Shown in pieces: positions 1 to 9,436 of a DNA stretch of 32,000 bases. Origin of the DNA: Candidatus Iainarchaeum sp. (GTDB lineage Archaea > Iainarchaeota > Iainarchaeia > Iainarchaeales > CSSED10-239). The notes under the pieces are model-generated. The model had not been told where the DNA came from, did no database searches, and saw only the letters and a list, made by a program, of their open reading frames with translations. The position numbers were made by a program, and so were the translations under genes. Each line of letters begins with the position of its first letter. The stretch's first letter is position 1. The stretch lies in assembly GCA_037441475.1 (NCBI GenBank), contig JBBISB010000001.1, positions 246,418-278,417 on the forward strand. Reading direction: 5' to 3'.

Positions 1-143
1 TTTTCATCAAAATCAAAGGTTGCTTTTCCTGTTGCAAAGTTTATTTTTGAATCTATTGTAGAATCTATTTTTTTTAAATTATTATTGATATTGTTTACAT
101 ATGAAGAGCAATGTATGCCTGTTATTAAATATTTTTTATTCAT
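1..143 (-). CDS. Heavy-metal-associated (HMA) domain protein, N-terminal part only; gene continues beyond the window edge
   Basis: Reverse-strand translation MNKKYLITGIHCSSYVNNINNNLKKIDSTIDSKINFATGKATFDFDE has the beta-alpha-beta pattern of an HMA domain (GxxCxxx). Its start overlaps the upstream stop as ATGAATAA. Confidence 0.5.
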   Translation of the reverse strand, partial: MNKKYLITGIHCSSYVNNINNNLKKIDSTIDSKINFATGKATFDFDE

Positions 144-936
144 ACTTCTTCTCTTGAGCTTTATATGTTTTAAATATATCTAAAGATAGGATTTCTTCTT
201 TATTTGTTTTAGAAGAATCATAAGTTATTAAAAAATTATTAAACAAAGAAAATTTAACCTCATAAAGACCATCAATTGTTTTAAGTTCATCTGTAATTAA
301 CGGTGCGTGCCCTGAACAAGGAATATTAACTGATATTGAGAAAGTTTCTAATGAATCTTTATCACCGTTAGTTATTGGAAGAGCAGAAACATTCGCAAAC
401 AATGGGAAGATAAACAAAAACAAGAAGATGTTTATACCTATGGTTAATCCATACATAGTTAAAAGATAAGCTTTCTTTTTTTTATTATACCTTTTAAAGA
501 TAAAAGAGAGTTTTGTTTAAGATAGATTACTGATGTAAGTGTTGCAAAGAAAAGAGATATTATTATAAGTATGTAAAAGATGTTTGCATTCATTAAAAAA
601 GGTTTAAAAAAATTAATTAAGACAGTTGAACCTAAGATAGATGCAATAATAAAAAATATACAACCAATATGTGGAATTATACCTAAGAGTATGCCTTTTT
701 TTACAGAGTTATCTTTAATATCTGTTTTATAACCTAACTTGTTTATTTCCTTTTTAATATTTGTTAAAGAAATCTCATTTGATTTAAAGGATATTATTAC
801 CTTATCATCACTTAGAATAGGGCTACCTTAACAATACCTTTCTTTTCTAAAAGAGAATCTTTAATGTTTAAAACACAACTTTTACAAGTAATGCCTTTTA
901 CATCTATTGTAGCCGTGGTTAATTTTTTTTGTTCAC
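136..936 (-). pseudogene. HMA-TM-HMA type heavy-metal transport protein, interrupted by apparent frameshifts
   Basis: Fragments read in order: (N)KKLTTATIDVKGITCKSCVLNIKDSLLEKKGIVKVAL / PILSDDKVIISFKSNEISLTNIKKEINKLGYKTDIKDNSVKKGILLGIIPHIGCIFFIIASILGSTVLINFFKPFLMNANIFYILIISLFFATLTSVIYLKQNSLLSLKGIIKKRKLIF / MYGLTIGINIFLFLFIFPLFANV...ISVNIPCSGHAPLITDELKTIDGLYEVKF...SLDIFKTYKA. Frame changes fall near 923-930 (8-nt A run just after a GTG), 812-825 and 459-483 (8-nt A run). Confidence 0.7.
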
Positions 937-996
937 ATAAAAAGTAACACTGAAACTACTTATATATAATTGTATGAAATTAGTTTCAAGGTTATT

Positions 997-1488
997 TCAG
1001 TGTTTTAAGATAACAACGTTTGTCATTCCACGTCTTTTTCTTTCAATGATATTTTTACCTTCAAGCTTATCAAGAAGCCTTGTAACCTTTACTTTTGAAA
1101 GTTTAGATTTATCAACAAGTTCTGATTGAAAAATGGTTCCTTTTGAGTCAAGAATATGGTTATAGATTAAAGCTTCTTCTTTATCTAAAGAAGCTAGTAT
1201 CTTAGAGGAATCTTTAAACTGTATTTGAGAGGTTTTTGAGATTATATCTTTTTGTTTGTTATTAAACTTATTTGAAAATATTAAATAAAGACCTAAAAGT
1301 AAAACAAAGATCATTATTCCTAAACTTATGCTTGTTTGAAAATTAATAGTACCCCACATAGGACATTCTGGGCCATGAGTACAGGAAGTTGCTACCATCT
1401 TTGTTAAGGCTTTATTAAAGGAATAGATAATGAAACCTATTAAGACAGAAATACCTATTATTAAATAACCTATATTTTTATTATCCAT
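997..1488 (-). CDS. Membrane-anchored winged-helix (MarR-like) transcriptional regulator with Cys/His/Met-rich loop
   Basis: Two N-terminal hydrophobic segments flank SCTHGPECPMWG. The C-terminal region QSELVDKSKLSKVKVTRLLDKLEGKNIIERKRRGMTNVV is a typical MarR-type wHTH. Confidence 0.75.
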   Translation of the reverse strand: MDNKNIGYLIIGISVLIGFIIYSFNKALTKMVATSCTHGPECPMWGTINFQTSISLGIMIFVLLLGLYLIFSNKFNNKQKDIISKTSQIQFKDSSKILASLDKEEALIYNHILDSKGTIFQSELVDKSKLSKVKVTRLLDKLEGKNIIERKRRGMTNVVILKH

Positions 1489-1614
1489 GATAAATCATAT
1501 TGATTGAAACTTAATTTAAATTTTGTGTTTTAAAAAAAATATTATGTGATTAAAAATAATAAACAAAGATGGTATTAAATATTATAACTAATAAAAAATT
1601 TGTTTAAAAGAAAA

Positions 1615-1917
1615 CTAAAGATCAATATCTTTTCTAATATCCTCTAAAGATATACTTGACGAAAAGCCTTTCTTTTTAGCCTCATCCATAACCTGCCATA
1701 TAGAAAGATTATTTTCTTTAGAAACCTCTCCTAAAGACTTTTTTCCTTCAGACCATTCTTTTAAAGAAACTTCTAGTTTGTAATCAAGGTAAGAATTCAT
1801 TATAAGCTTTCTTAAAAAAGAAGAAGTATCTAAATGTTCTTTTTCAGCTAAATAAGTTATATCCTTATATACAGAATCTTTTAATCTTAGTGTAGTTGCT
1901 TTAAGCATTTTTATCAC
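1615..1917 (-). CDS. Putative antitoxin, ribbon-helix-helix / UPF0175-like
   Basis: ATTLRLKDSVYKDITYLAEKEHLDTSSFLRKLI (RHH-like), then KSLGEVSKENNLSIWQVMDEAKKKG. Partner of the overlapping PIN-like gene. Confidence 0.65.
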   Translation of the reverse strand: MIKMLKATTLRLKDSVYKDITYLAEKEHLDTSSFLRKLIMNSYLDYKLEVSLKEWSEGKKSLGEVSKENNLSIWQVMDEAKKKGFSSSISLEDIRKDIDL

Positions 1918-2395
1918 CTATTATTAATTTATAAAAGTGAGAGATAATTTCTTGTTTATAAAACCCATCTTTTGAAAGAAAGTTAATTGAAAATAAAATA
2001 TTTTTTTTAGTTATTTTTTTAAGAGTATAAAGTTTATAGATAATTTCTGGAGTTGTCGCATAATTTATATTTTTTAATTTACATATATTTATTGCTTTTT
2101 TATCATCAGTAAATAATAAATCTGCATTTATTTCAAGATATAAAGAAATTGCTTCTCTTTCACCTTTATTTATGTTTAAAGAAATTAATTTTTTTACATC
2201 TTTTACTATTATTTGTTTAGAAAGTATGTAATCATTTATTTTTTTTGCATCTTTATAACCTTCCTTTATACCACTAACAACAGTTTCATTATAAACCTCT
2301 CTTGGAATAACTACATTATTATTTTTTAAAAAGATAGAGAGTATTTTTGATTTTTCAAGTAATATTAAAGAACAACTATCAGAGACAATTAACTT
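1901..2395 (-). CDS. Putative PIN-domain (DUF3368-like) toxin; track ORF extends to 2443 but the start is probably MKLIVSD
   Basis: Acidic PIN positions are recognisable: VSDSCSLILLEK, IPREVYNE, NKGEREAISLY, ADLLFTDDKKA. Confidence 0.65.
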   Translation of the reverse strand, partial: KLIVSDSCSLILLEKSKILSIFLKNNNVVIPREVYNETVVSGIKEGYKDAKKINDYILSKQIIVKDVKKLISLNINKGEREAISLYLEINADLLFTDDKKAINICKLKNINYATTPEIIYKLYTLKKITKKNILFSINFLSKDGFYKQEIISHFYKLIIGDKNA

Positions 2396-2489
2396 CATAA
2401 ATATATAGAGCACCAAAAGATTTATAAGAGAACCTACTAGCACCTATTTTTAAAAATAGTAAAAAAAGAAGAAAATTAAATAAAAAAAG

Positions 2490-5333
2490 TTAAAAAGAGA
2501 AAGAAACTTCTTTCTCTATTAATTTTTGTTTGTTGTCAGAAGATAATGTGTCCAAGATATCAAGAGCTGTATTTGTTGCCTCTTCAATCCTTTGCTTATT
2601 TTCTTCAAGGAAAGACTTAGAGTCACAAGATATCTTTAAGGAAACCTTGTCATTTGGATTTAACTTCATCTTTTTTCTCTCAGACTGTATAAGCCTTGTA
2701 AGCTCAGAAACTTCCCAAACGTTATTGTAGGAAGAATCAATCTCCTCACTTATGAAAATAACTATATCTTTGTCAACCTCTTTTTTAGAAAACTTATAAG
2801 TTGGCTCAGTACTTGAGAAAGTTACTTTTTCAATGTTTGTCATCTCCTCTATAATCTCCTTAAAGATAGAAAAGGAAATAAAGTCTTTTAAGACAACATG
2901 CATCTCAGGTAATATCCACTTAAGTCTTTTCTTCATATCCTCTCTTAAGGAAAGAGCTGTTTTTACAACCTCTTGAGAAATATCAAAGCTTTTTTCAAAA
3001 TCAACATCAATTAATGTTTCATTAACTGAAACATTGTAATAAAGATGTATTGATTCTTTTTCCTTAACAGAAAACTTCTGGTACATGTACTCTGTAAAAT
3101 GAGGAACTATTGGAGAAATTAAAACTAAGCTTGAGGAAAAGATATATGAAAGAACATGATTTTCGTCCTTTCTCTTTCTTAAAAGCTTAACATATATTCT
3201 ACTAAAGTCTTCAAGCAAGAACTTTTCAAAATCATTTACAACCTTTGAATAGTTGGTTGTTGAAAAGTTTGCATAACTATTCTTTAAAAGAGCATTAAAC
3301 CTTGAAAGAATCCATCTATCCTCAAGAAGCATATCTTCTGCATTAACACCTAAAGTAGTTGTAAACAATTGCTTTTCATCATAAAGAGCAATGAAGTTAT
3401 AAAGGTTTTCTAAAAGATTTAAAGTTCTTCTAACCTCTTCAAATTTCTTAGAATCTAAAACAATGTCTTCTCCATTAAACTCTTTTGCAAAATAATATCT
3501 ATAGTAATCAATTGAGGTTTGAGAAAATCTTTCAAGTAAAGGAATATCATTACCCTCTGATTTTGAAAGTTTTCTTTTATCTCCAGCAAGAACCATACCA
3601 TGCATTGAGATTTGTTTAAAAGGTGCTTTATCAAAGGCAATTACAGAAGCTATTATTTGTGAATTCCACCATCCCCTTATCTGGTCAGAACCTTCTAAAT
3701 TTGCATCAGCTGGCCAAAATTTATCAAACAACTCTGTTTTAAAAGGATAACCTAAAGATGCCCATGAAGCTACAGCTGAATCAAACCAAACATCAAAGAC
3801 TTCAGGTATTCTTTTTACCTTTGTTCCACACTCACAGGTTATTTCTATGTTATCGATATATGGCTTATGAATATCCATGTTTAAATTTACTTCAGGAGCT
3901 TTCTTTTTTAAATCTTCTAAAGATTCAAAGACATGAACCTTTTGACAAGAAGTACATTTCCAGATAGGAACTGGTATTCCCCAGTATCTTGCTCTTGAGA
4001 TTGGCCAATCAGAGAGATTTTTAAGCCAGTTTGAGAATCTGTCTTTTCCCCAAATAGGGTACCATGAAATTTCATTTTCATTAAGTTCTAAAAGTCTTGG
4101 TTTTAAATCTTCAACTCTTAAAAACCATTGAGGTAAGGAAACCATTATTAAAGGATTATGACATCTCCAACATGTAGGGTAACTATGTTTTACTTTTCTC
4201 TTAGCTAAGATGCATCCTTTTTCATGAAGATATTTTAAAATATCAATATCAAGTTCTTTAACTTTTTTACCTTTTCCAAAAGAAACTGTATCATCATATT
4301 CTCCTGACATTTTAACTGGAGAAAATACTGGAATATTAAACTCTCTTCCAACTTGATAATCTTCTTTACCATGTCCAGGTGCACAGTGGACTAAACCAGA
4401 ACCATCTTCTAGGTTTACATGTCTTGCAGAAGAGATTATTTTATATGAATTTTTTGTATAGTCTTCTGGAAGAGTTAACCATTCTCCTAAAACAGGAAGA
4501 TATTCTTTTCCTACAAGCTCTTCTCCTAAATATTCTTTTCCTAAAGTATGGTTTTCAAAATTAAATTCTTTAACAAGATTTGAAACTAAATCTTTTGCAA
4601 CAATATATTTTTTATTATTTGAGATAAGCTCAACATATGTGTATTTAGGGTGAACCATGATAGCCATGTTAGCAGGTAAGGTCCATGGGGTTGTTGTCCA
4701 AATAACAAAGAAAAGAGAAGAATCTTCTTTTGACTGGATAGGTACAAATATAGAAACATCTGTTAATTCTTGATATTCAATTTCATTAAAAGAAACTGAA
4801 GTTTCACAATCAGGGCAGATATGGATAGGGTATTTATCATGAAATAAAAGCCCTTTATCAACTGATTTTTTAAAAGTCCACCAAGCAGATTGCATATAGC
4901 TTTGATCTAAGGTTCTATAAGGATGTTTCCAATCCATCCATTGTCCTAAGTTATAAATATCTGTAGACATTTCAGAGATATGTTTAGTTGCAAAATCATA
5001 ACATTCTTTTGAAAATTTTTCAATACCAAAAGCTTCAATATCTTCTTTTGATTTTAAATCATATTTCTTTTGAACCTTTCTTTCTATTGGTACACCATGA
5101 GTATCAAAACCTGGTATATCTAAGACTTTAAAGCCTTCTTGTCTTTTATACCTATAAAGGATATCTTTTAAGATCCTGTTCATTGCTGTTCCTAGATGTA
5201 TATACCCTGTTGCATATGGAGGGCCATCTATAAAGTAATAATGTTTATCAGACTCTCTTTCTCTAACCTTTTTTGGAATATTGTTGTTTTCCCAAAACTC
5301 TTTTATTTCTTTTTCATTTTGATTTGAAAACAT
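2490..5333 (-). CDS. ileS: Isoleucyl-tRNA synthetase
   Basis: Class I synthetase: PPYATGYIHLGTAMNRILKD (HIGH region), TTWTLPANMA, GWWNSQIIAS, KLSKSEGN (KMSKS region), FDTHGVPIE. Confidence 0.97.
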   Translation of the reverse strand: MFSNQNEKEIKEFWENNNIPKKVRERESDKHYYFIDGPPYATGYIHLGTAMNRILKDILYRYKRQEGFKVLDIPGFDTHGVPIERKVQKKYDLKSKEDIEAFGIEKFSKECYDFATKHISEMSTDIYNLGQWMDWKHPYRTLDQSYMQSAWWTFKKSVDKGLLFHDKYPIHICPDCETSVSFNEIEYQELTDVSIFVPIQSKEDSSLFFVIWTTTPWTLPANMAIMVHPKYTYVELISNNKKYIVAKDLVSNLVKEFNFENHTLGKEYLGEELVGKEYLPVLGEWLTLPEDYTKNSYKIISSARHVNLEDGSGLVHCAPGHGKEDYQVGREFNIPVFSPVKMSGEYDDTVSFGKGKKVKELDIDILKYLHEKGCILAKRKVKHSYPTCWRCHNPLIMVSLPQWFLRVEDLKPRLLELNENEISWYPIWGKDRFSNWLKNLSDWPISRARYWGIPVPIWKCTSCQKVHVFESLEDLKKKAPEVNLNMDIHKPYIDNIEITCECGTKVKRIPEVFDVWFDSAVASWASLGYPFKTELFDKFWPADANLEGSDQIRGWWNSQIIASVIAFDKAPFKQISMHGMVLAGDKRKLSKSEGNDIPLLERFSQTSIDYYRYYFAKEFNGEDIVLDSKKFEEVRRTLNLLENLYNFIALYDEKQLFTTTLGVNAEDMLLEDRWILSRFNALLKNSYANFSTTNYSKVVNDFEKFLLEDFSRIYVKLLRKRKDENHVLSYIFSSSLVLISPIVPHFTEYMYQKFSVKEKESIHLYYNVSVNETLIDVDFEKSFDISQEVVKTALSLREDMKKRLKWILPEMHVVLKDFISFSIFKEIIEEMTNIEKVTFSSTEPTYKFSKKEVDKDIVIFISEEIDSSYNNVWEVSELTRLIQSERKKMKLNPNDKVSLKISCDSKSFLEENKQRIEEATNTALDILDTLSSDNKQKLIEKEVSFSF

Positions 5334-5545
5334 ATTTTTCGCCTACCTACCTTTAAAGCTTAAGATTTTGGCAAAAGATTAAAATTAGAAAATGGTTAAT
5401 CTTTTTTGCCCATTAATATATAATAATACTTATGATTATAGAAATTAAGTTATTTTTAGAAAAACTTAAAGTATTATCTGAGACCATAAATATCTTATAG
5501 ATACAAAATATTTATAAAGGTATAATATTTATTATTTAAAGAATA

Positions 5546-6555
5546 TTAATACTCACAACCTTGCCAATAAAGGCTTTCTATTAAGCTACTTATATCGTAG
5601 TTTAATTGAGAATCTATTTTTATAATTAAAATTTGTATATCACAACTATCTTCAACTTGCCCACCAAAAGAAAAGGTTATTCCTCCAAGAAGGAAACCAC
5701 CTTCTGTTGATGGGGTTACTGCCCATAAACTATCTAACCTTTTACCACCAATTATTTTTTCTTTTAATAGATTCCCATTTAAGTCTGTTTTTGCAACATA
5801 AAAATTAGAATAATCATACTCATCATCATACAGATTTCCTTGTCCTCTGCCAAAAATATAATAACCATCAGAAATTCCAAATATTTGGATAGTAGTATCA
5901 TAATTTGAACCAACAAAGGTTTTGTTCCAATCAAGGTTTCCTGAAAAGTCTGTTTTTAAAAGATAAATAATATCCTCTCCGAAAGAATATGTTTGCCCTA
6001 AAACCAAATAACCACCATCAGAGGTTTGCAAAATACTGTTTGGAATTTCTAAAGAGTCCCAGCTTGAGCCACCAAAGGAGTGTGCAAAAAGAGCAGGGGT
6101 TTTTCCAGTAACAATGTTTTTTAAAGGGATATAATAACCATCAGAAGTATATAACTCCATATCAAATTTTCTTTCAACAGGTATTGGAATTGACATTTTT
6201 TGTAATTGATTTCTTTTTATGATTACTGGTGTTTGTAAAGTTTTCATATTGTTTAGTAAAGGTGATTGCTTTCTGAAAATATTTTATAACCAATAATTTC
6301 TATATCTTTATCATAAGTGCTTATATTTTTAAAAACTAAAGAACCATTATTAAAACTATCAAAGGAAAGTAAAATGGTTTTATCTGCTTCTTTATGAATA
6401 GTAGTTGTTTGGTCTAAAGAAAATGTAGTAAAGCCTTTTCCCCAGGAAACTATTATACCTATTATTGCAACTGCAACAACTATTAAAAGAATAGTTGCTA
6501 TTAATGGAGAAATACCTTTCTGGTTTTTTATTTTTAAAAAAATCTTTTTTATCAT
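5546..6555 (-). pseudogene. Archaeal type IV pilin-like N-terminus joined to a beta-propeller-like repeat domain, split by one apparent frameshift (ORFs 6253..6555 and 5546..6247)
   Basis: Class III signal: KNQKGISPLIATILLIVVAVAIIGIIVSWG. The downstream frame carries propeller-like repeats such as SWDSLEIPNSILQTSDGGYLVLGQTYSFGEDIIYLLKTDFSGNLDWNKTF. The frames meet around 6253-6280 and read YKIFSESN/SPLLNNMKTLQTPVII. Confidence 0.6.
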
Positions 6556-6660
6556 AAATGAAATTAACCTCTATAATTGTTTTTTATAAATAGCTATAAA
6601 GTAAATAAAAAAGAAAGCACAAAAACCTTTTAAAAATATTTAATTTAAATATACAATAAT

Positions 6661-7761
6661 TTACTCATTTTCTTCCTTAAATTTTTCTCCTGAAGCAAGC
6701 TCTTTTAATTTATTTCTCTCAGTAAAGAAGAACATAAAGGTAGTGGTTATGTTTGTTAAAAAGATAACTAAAAAGGTAATTGGTAAAAGAATTAAGGTAT
6801 ATTTATTTACAATACCCATAGCTAGAGGATAAGTTGCAAGAACAGCAGCTGCAAGTCCCCTTGCATGAATAGAAAGAATATACTTTGTATCTTGCTTAAT
6901 TGTATGGTCGTTTGAAAAGATGTATATAGAGATATATCTAGAAGCAATGATTATTGAAATTAAAAAGACTACAATTAAGATAACATTAAAATTAACTGAA
7001 GAAAGATCTAAAATAATACCAAGATAAATGAAAAAAAAGGCCTTTATAAAAAGACTAATCTCAGCTTGAAACCTAAAAACTTCATTTAAGCTAACAACAT
7101 TATCTAAGCTTAATGTCTTCATTTTAAATATTTTTAAAATTTCATTAGAGTTTCCTAAAACCAAACCAAAGATTAAAACACCAAAAGCACCATTTCCTTT
7201 TAAAAAATCAATAAGAACATACATTATAAATAAAAAGGATAAAGTAAGAAGATAAGAAAACTGTCTTGTAACATTAAAATCTCTTAAAATTTTTGTCCAA
7301 AAAATACCTGCAACCACACCAATCACAGTTGCTATGGCAAAAGCAGAGATTATGTTTTGTGTAACAAACTGAATACTTGATTTTTGAGTAACTATTATCT
7401 CCAAGATAGTTATAAAAACAATAATACAAAGAACATCTGTTATTGCAGACTCTAAAGTAACTAAAGTCTTTGTTTCTTCCTTAGATTTAGAGGCCATTAC
7501 AAGAGGAATAACTACAGCTGAACTAATACCACCAATTGCTGTTCCAATCAATAAACCATATAAAACAGGCATTGAAAAAACATAATGTAAGATAACTGCT
7601 GAAAAAAGAACAGTAAAAAAGAAAACAATGATTGTAAACATTGTAGCTTTTCCAATCTCTCTTAAGACCTTATAAAAATTAAGATGTAGTCCGCCTTCAA
7701 AAAGAAGAAGCATTAAAGCTAAGGACCCAAAGAAAGAAGACATGCTTTTTAAAAGAACCAC
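6661..7761 (-). CDS. Cation:proton antiporter (NhaP/CPA1-like); homology appears to continue upstream to 7923 through an in-frame TAA
   Basis: Polytopic ORF with LLLFEGGLHLNFYKVLREIG, GTAIGGISSAVVIPLV, VFRFQAEISLFIKAFFFIYLGIILD, SIHARGLAAAVLATYPLAMG. Confidence 0.85.
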   Translation of the reverse strand: MVLLKSMSSFFGSLALMLLLFEGGLHLNFYKVLREIGKATMFTIIVFFFTVLFSAVILHYVFSMPVLYGLLIGTAIGGISSAVVIPLVMASKSKEETKTLVTLESAITDVLCIIVFITILEIIVTQKSSIQFVTQNIISAFAIATVIGVVAGIFWTKILRDFNVTRQFSYLLTLSFLFIMYVLIDFLKGNGAFGVLIFGLVLGNSNEILKIFKMKTLSLDNVVSLNEVFRFQAEISLFIKAFFFIYLGIILDLSSVNFNVILIVVFLISIIIASRYISIYIFSNDHTIKQDTKYILSIHARGLAAAVLATYPLAMGIVNKYTLILLPITFLVIFLTNITTTFMFFFTERNKLKELASGEKFKEENE

Positions 7762-8000
7762 TTGTTCTGCTGTTATAAAGTTAAAAACAGAACTTATAAG
7801 AAAACCAATTATTAAAAGAATAGTAATATCTGAAAATCTAGTTTTTTAAAAAAAAAGATTACCAAAGAAGGCTATTAAGAAAATAAATGAAAAAACTAAA
7901 AATAAAATATTTGCTTCTACCATAAATCAATCACATATAAATATTATATATCTTAAACAAACAGATTTAAATAGATTTCTAAATCTTTTAAAAAATTAAT

Positions 8001-9371
8001 TTAGTCCTTAAAAGAATCATAAAGGTTATTTATCTTAGAAACAACTTTATCTTGTAAAGATTCTGTATTTTTGTTCAGATCAATTTTGTTTTTCTTAAAC
8101 TCATCTAAAAGATCTATGATTGTTTCATAGGAGTAACCTTTTGAAATTAAGATAAAATAAACCTTATCTTTTGTTAAAGTATCTTTGTAAGGAAGAAAGG
8201 AATTGTATAAGGTTTTTAACATATCCTCATGACTTTCCTTAAGCTCAGAGACATGATGTATCTTATGTACAATCTCAGAAGAGATACTTCTTTCTTCTTC
8301 CTTTGATTGTTTCATTTTAAATTTAATGTTTCTATAATAATCCCAATCAGAGGAATTTATTTTTTCTATAGTCTCTTGAACATCTTTTATCTCATCAATA
8401 TTTTTTTTAAGATCAAGAATCTTTTGGTCAATCTCTTTTATTTGTTTATAAAGAAGGACGATGTTGTCTATAGTTTGACTTACTTCTTCATAAGAGGTTT
8501 TTTCAGTAGTGTTTACAAACTCCTCATTTGCTTGCATAACTAGATCCTTAAGCCCAAAAACACTTACTTGTTTATTATCTAAGATAGATATAACGTCTTG
8601 CTTTCTAATACCTCTTCTTGTTAAAGCAGTAACTGTTTTTTTAATAATGTTTCTTTTTTCTTCTCTCATTTTAAAGAAATCAGAAAGAATATCTTCTTCT
8701 TTTTTTATGCTTTTTTTATTTTCTGTTAATTGCTTTTTATTAATGTTTACAAGGTTTAAGTAAAAGTTTGTTGGAAGCTTTGAGATTAAAACACTTTCAA
8801 AAAGAAAAATTAAAAAGATTATTAAAGAGACTGCAATTGGGAAAAACTTAGTTTCCTTTATAAAGATAAAAAAATCTACTTTTGTTAAAATAAGATAAAC
8901 AATAACAGAGATTAATACTCCTGATAATATTAGGATGTTTTTTGTAAAACTAATGTTTTTAAGTATTAAGTATACCTTTACAGCTGACTCTTTTGTAAAC
9001 CCAACAGTTTTTTGTATAATGTCAATGGACTTTTCTTTTTCAGAAAGATTAAGGTTATAAAAAACCTCTTTAAACCTTCTAACCATTTTTTCAATATTCT
9101 TTTCAGAATCATCAATGTTTATTTTTGTAAGAACTTTTGCAAGATCATTTGGTCTGTTTATGAAGCTATAAAAGAAAGAAGTTGTTTTTGTTGAAAAAAT
9201 ACCAATTAAAAATAAAATACCTAAAATAACTAAGGAAATTATAAAAGAGATGTTGCTTGAAGAACTTTTAAAAACTTCAAAAAAATAAAGTACAGAAAAG
9301 ATTAATGAAGTTAACAAAACACTTAAGATCCAGAAGAAAAATCTACTTTCAAGCCTGTAAGAATAACCCAT
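8001..9371 (-). CDS. Uncharacterised membrane protein: two TM pairs, then a cytosolic coiled coil and C-terminal helical domain; paralogue of the broken locus 21603..23019
   Basis: Hydrophobic segments FFFWILSVLLTSLIFSVLYFF and ISFIISLVILGILFLIGI, a second pair around residues 145-200, then a long charged helical region. Side-by-side similarity to 22336..23019 and 21603..21977. Confidence 0.7.
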   Translation of the reverse strand: MGYSYRLESRFFFWILSVLLTSLIFSVLYFFEVFKSSSSNISFIISLVILGILFLIGIFSTKTTSFFYSFINRPNDLAKVLTKINIDDSEKNIEKMVRRFKEVFYNLNLSEKEKSIDIIQKTVGFTKESAVKVYLILKNISFTKNILILSGVLISVIVYLILTKVDFFIFIKETKFFPIAVSLIIFLIFLFESVLISKLPTNFYLNLVNINKKQLTENKKSIKKEEDILSDFFKMREEKRNIIKKTVTALTRRGIRKQDVISILDNKQVSVFGLKDLVMQANEEFVNTTEKTSYEEVSQTIDNIVLLYKQIKEIDQKILDLKKNIDEIKDVQETIEKINSSDWDYYRNIKFKMKQSKEEERSISSEIVHKIHHVSELKESHEDMLKTLYNSFLPYKDTLTKDKVYFILISKGYSYETIIDLLDEFKKNKIDLNKNTESLQDKVVSKINNLYDSFKD

Positions 9372-9436
9372 ATCTATTATATATAAGCAGATTAAATTTA
9401 TAAAGCTTTATTATTTATATAAAAAAAAGAAAAAAG

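Noticed and set aside
2530-4564. ORFs at 2530..2730, 3455..3640, 3758..3967, 4379..4564
   Set aside because: All are inside ileS on the opposite or another frame, with low-complexity translations. Shadow ORFs.
8307-9194. Plus-strand ORFs 8307..8543, 8509..8763, 9012..9194
   Set aside because: Antisense shadows of the 8001..9371 membrane protein.
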